Shown in pieces: positions 53,367-55,490 of a stretch of DNA of 55,490 nt. The position numbers were made by a program, and so were the translations under genes. Positions within the stretch are counted from its first letter, which is position 1, and every line of letters begins with the position of its first letter. Origin of the DNA: Acidimicrobiaceae bacterium (lineage in GTDB: Bacteria > Actinomycetota > Acidimicrobiia > Acidimicrobiales > Bog-793). The notes under the pieces are model-generated. The model worked only from the letters and a program-made list of their open reading frames with translations. It ran no database searches and was not told where the DNA came from. The stretch spans positions 1 to 55,490 of the forward strand of contig DAHUZG010000142.1 in the NCBI GenBank assembly GCA_027306715.1, given 5' to 3'.

Positions 53367-54386
53367 GTGCAGCGACGCGACGACGCCGACGAGGCCTACC
53401 TCGAGCACCTGAGCGACACCGACCTGTCCCTGCTGCTCGCCGACGCGGCAGGTGCCGGCGGGTCGTGGAGGGCGCGCGCCCGCGAGCACGGAGTCGAGCC
53501 ACTGCTGGCGGCGCCGTCCGCGGCCGAGAGGGTGCTCGGCCCGGGAGGCGGGGAGGAGCTGGCACTGGTCTCGCCGTTCCTCGTCTTCGCCGTTGCGGTG
53601 CAGCGCACCGCCGCCCGCCTCGAGGCGGCGACGCACGTCCTCGAGTGGGTCGGCCCGGGGCGCCGTGCGCCGGTGTTCGACGCCCCTCGCCTTCGCGAGT
53701 TCGTCGCCGACCCGTGGCGTCGACTTTCCCTGGCCGAGCTGCTCGCCTCCTACAGCCGTGTCACCAGCGGGTCGTTCCTCGTCGCCACCCGCCGTGGCTG
53801 GCGGCGCCAGCGGTTCTCCGAGCTCGATCCCGTCCGCCTCGCCGGCCTCCTCGACGTCGTTCCTGCTGCCGAGCGCCCTGGAGTGCTGCGCCGCCTCGGC
53901 GACCTGGCGCTGTTCCTCACCGGCGTCTTCCCCGACCATGTGGCGCGCCGCGGCTTCGGAGCGGTCGAGGAAGGCCGTCTCCGCCGCTCGGTGGCGGGGC
54001 CGGCTCCAAGGCAGGGCCAGGGGCAGTGGCAGGGGCAGTGGCAGGGCCAGGGGCACGGGCAGTGGCAGGGGCCGGGGCCGGTTCCGGGCCGGCAGCCGGC
54101 GCCGCGTACCGGGCCGGCAGCCCCGACGCCGCCCCTGCCGGCCGCCCCACTCCTGCCGGGGGGCTCAGCGGCGGCGCTTGTCGGCGACGGGGGTCCGGTC
54201 GGGATGCTCGCCGATCTCGGGAGGCGCTGGTACAGAGCCGCCTACGAGCTGATGGGGCGGCCGGCGGGTGGGAGGCCGGCGGTCGTGGGCGAGCTGGGGC
54301 ACCGTTTCGACGAGGCGCGCCGGGTGCTCGAGGACCTCACCGCGCATCACCTGTTCGGCGAGCGCGAGCGCTACTTCGGCGCCTGA
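53367..54386 (+). CDS. hypothetical protein with internal (QGQW)n / Pro-rich low-complexity insert
   Basis: 339-aa ORF with good GC3 and structured-looking N- and C-terminal parts. I recognise no family. The repeat at 54010-54080 encodes RQGQGQWQGQWQGQGHGQWQGPGP. Confidence 0.5.
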   Translation: MQRRDDADEAYLEHLSDTDLSLLLADAAGAGGSWRARAREHGVEPLLAAPSAAERVLGPGGGEELALVSPFLVFAVAVQRTAARLEAATHVLEWVGPGRRAPVFDAPRLREFVADPWRRLSLAELLASYSRVTSGSFLVATRRGWRRQRFSELDPVRLAGLLDVVPAAERPGVLRRLGDLALFLTGVFPDHVARRGFGAVEEGRLRRSVAGPAPRQGQGQWQGQWQGQGHGQWQGPGPVPGRQPAPRTGPAAPTPPLPAAPLLPGGSAAALVGDGGPVGMLADLGRRWYRAAYELMGRPAGGRPAVVGELGHRFDEARRVLEDLTAHHLFGERERYFGA

Positions 54387-54699
54387 TCCGGGGCGACGCC
54401 GAGCCGGCGGCTTGCGGCGCGATCGGGGCGCTCGCCTCCGGGCTCCCGATCGCTCAGGCGGCTGCCTCGCCGAGTCGCTGTGAGCCGGACGGCTCGTGGC
54501 GAATGGTCGAGTGTGCCCAGTTCAGCTGCCAGCTTGACATTTGTGTGGTGCGACCGAGCCTGTAATGCTCTGGGGCTGAATGGTAGCCCGTCCTGCCAGC
54601 TCGTCGGGTGGGCGGGTGCCGGGCGCCCCGGCCCACCTGCGGCGGAGCGGGGGGCTCGGTGGAGCCGCGGCGGTGGGGTCCCGGGCGGAGCCGGCACCC

Positions 54700-55266
54700 G
54701 TGGGCGCTTCAGCGCGGCTCGCGCTGGGACTGTCCTTGACGCAATGGGCGGTCCTCGGCCTCCTCGTCGGTCGCCCGGCTCACGGGTTCGCGCTCGCCGG
54801 CGCCCTGGCGCCAGACAGCCCGCTCGGCCAGGCGTGGAGGGTGCCCCGCCCGCTCGTCTACCGGGCGCTCGCAGGCCTCGAGGCTAACGGGCTGGTCGAG
54901 CGAGCCGGCGTCGAGCCGGCCCGGCTCGGACCTCGGCGCACCGTGCTGCGGGCGACGGGTCGAGGTGAAACAGAGCTGCGAGGCTGGCTCGAGGTTCCGA
55001 GCTCGCACCTTCGCGACCTGCGCTCGGAGCTGCTCGTGAAGCTCTACTTCCACGAGCGGCTCGGGAGCGACCCCCGCCCGCTGCTCAGAGCTCAGCGGGC
55101 CCGCGTCGGCGAGCTCGCAGCGGCGCTCGAGAACGAGCGCCAGGGGGCGAACGGCTTCGAAGCCGTGCTCGCCGCCTGGCGGCGCTCGACGGCTCGGGCA
55201 GCCGCCGAGTTCCTCGACGAGCAGCTGGCAGCGGCGGGGCCCGCCCTCCCGCCTGCCGGCGGGTGA
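54700..55266 (+). CDS. PadR family transcriptional regulator
   Basis: The GTG at 54700 gives ..LSLTQWAVLGLLVGRPAHGFALAGAL..VYRALAGLEANGLVE, a PadR winged helix. There is a C-terminal coiled region. Confidence 0.75.
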   Translation: MGASARLALGLSLTQWAVLGLLVGRPAHGFALAGALAPDSPLGQAWRVPRPLVYRALAGLEANGLVERAGVEPARLGPRRTVLRATGRGETELRGWLEVPSSHLRDLRSELLVKLYFHERLGSDPRPLLRAQRARVGELAAALENERQGANGFEAVLAAWRRSTARAAAEFLDEQLAAAGPALPPAGG

Positions 55267-55299
55267 CATCGGTCGCCTTGCGTGTCCCCAGGTGGCACC

Positions 55300-55320
55300 A
55301 CTAGTCTCAAAGTTACTAGT
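55300..55320. promoter_or_regulatory. AT-rich inverted repeat ACTAGT-N9-ACTAGT (candidate operator)
   Basis: ccACTAGTctcaaagttACTAGTtgg is a conspicuous low-GC patch 34 nt after the PadR stop. Confidence 0.35.
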
Positions 55321-55334
55321 TGGCCCTCGCACAT

Positions 55335-55374
55335 GACGGGGACGACGTTGACAGGACGGGGACGACGTTGACAG
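55335..55374. repeat. 20-bp perfect tandem duplication (gacggggacgacgttgacag x2)
   Basis: Read directly. Each unit carries a TTGACA hexamer. Confidence 0.9.
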
Positions 55375-55490
55375 GTGGGAGAGACGAAGGCAGCCCCCGA
55401 CGCGGCCCGAGGACCGGCCGTGCCCACACCCGGCGGGCGCCCGCCGCGCTCATGGCGCTCGCTGTCACGGCGGGCCTGGCCGGCTCGGCG

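Noticed and set aside
54387-54699. ~310-nt region upstream of PadR containing TTGACA (54534) and some GC-rich pairings; considered as a riboswitch or sRNA.
   Set aside because: I could not match it to any riboswitch consensus I know. The spacing from the -35-like hexamer to any -10-like hexamer is non-canonical (over 20 nt).
1-55490. Search for tRNA, rRNA, tmRNA, integrase genes, toxin-antitoxin pairs or defence-system genes (restriction, Cas, abortive-infection ATPases).
   Set aside because: I recognised none in any frame. The accessory content here is metabolic, not defensive.

Overview
This is a 55.5-kb, densely coding, high-GC chromosome segment of actinobacterial type. Hand counts give 44/60 G+C on a typical flank line. 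GTG/TTG starts and 4-nt stop/start overlaps are common.

Content from left to right:
1. A secreted lipocalin/AttH-like protein and a five-gene Liv-type ABC importer (1.2-6.3 kb, minus strand).
2. A phenolic/aromatic catabolic region (6.8-18.9 kb). It holds a SnoaL-like protein, an acetoacetate-decarboxylase-family protein, a cyclase, two tandem paralogous FAD monooxygenases, a 5'-truncated P450 relic, two FAH-family hydrolases and an MBL hydrolase. A LysR regulator lies divergent from a third FAD monooxygenase plus a two-domain extradiol dioxygenase.
3. A ~15-kb lower-GC island (about 19.3-34.4 kb; 33-35/60 G+C on sampled lines), entirely on the plus strand, bounded and interrupted by three decayed transposase relics. 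It encodes two LLM flavin oxidoreductase paralogs, a crotonase, one hydantoinase-A subunit, two hydantoinase-B subunits (plus a B-type C-terminal relic), a fused double family-III CoA-transferase and a FadB-like hydratase/dehydrogenase. This is my best candidate for an undescribed pathway: an ATP-dependent carboxylase or lactamase feeding a CoA-thioester route.
4. A sugar-type ABC importer with a fourth FAD monooxygenase, two convergent gene relics (DapA-like and OCD-like), an SDR, an SMP-30 protein and a DUF885 protein.
5. A repeat-rich stretch with an SRPBCC protein carrying a (PGGSS)6 tail.
6. A tandem glycine riboswitch upstream of gcvP, followed closely by a GGDEF cyclase.
7. A HIBADH-like dehydrogenase, a DinB protein, a six-Asp-box propeller translationally coupled to a GG-terminated MoaD/ThiS protein, a repeat-bearing hypothetical protein and a PadR regulator.

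I saw no rRNA, tRNA or CRISPR array. Short-period (9-20 bp, most often 15 bp) tandem duplications recur at many loci, both coding and intergenic. All family calls come from motif recognition in the translations, not from database searches.
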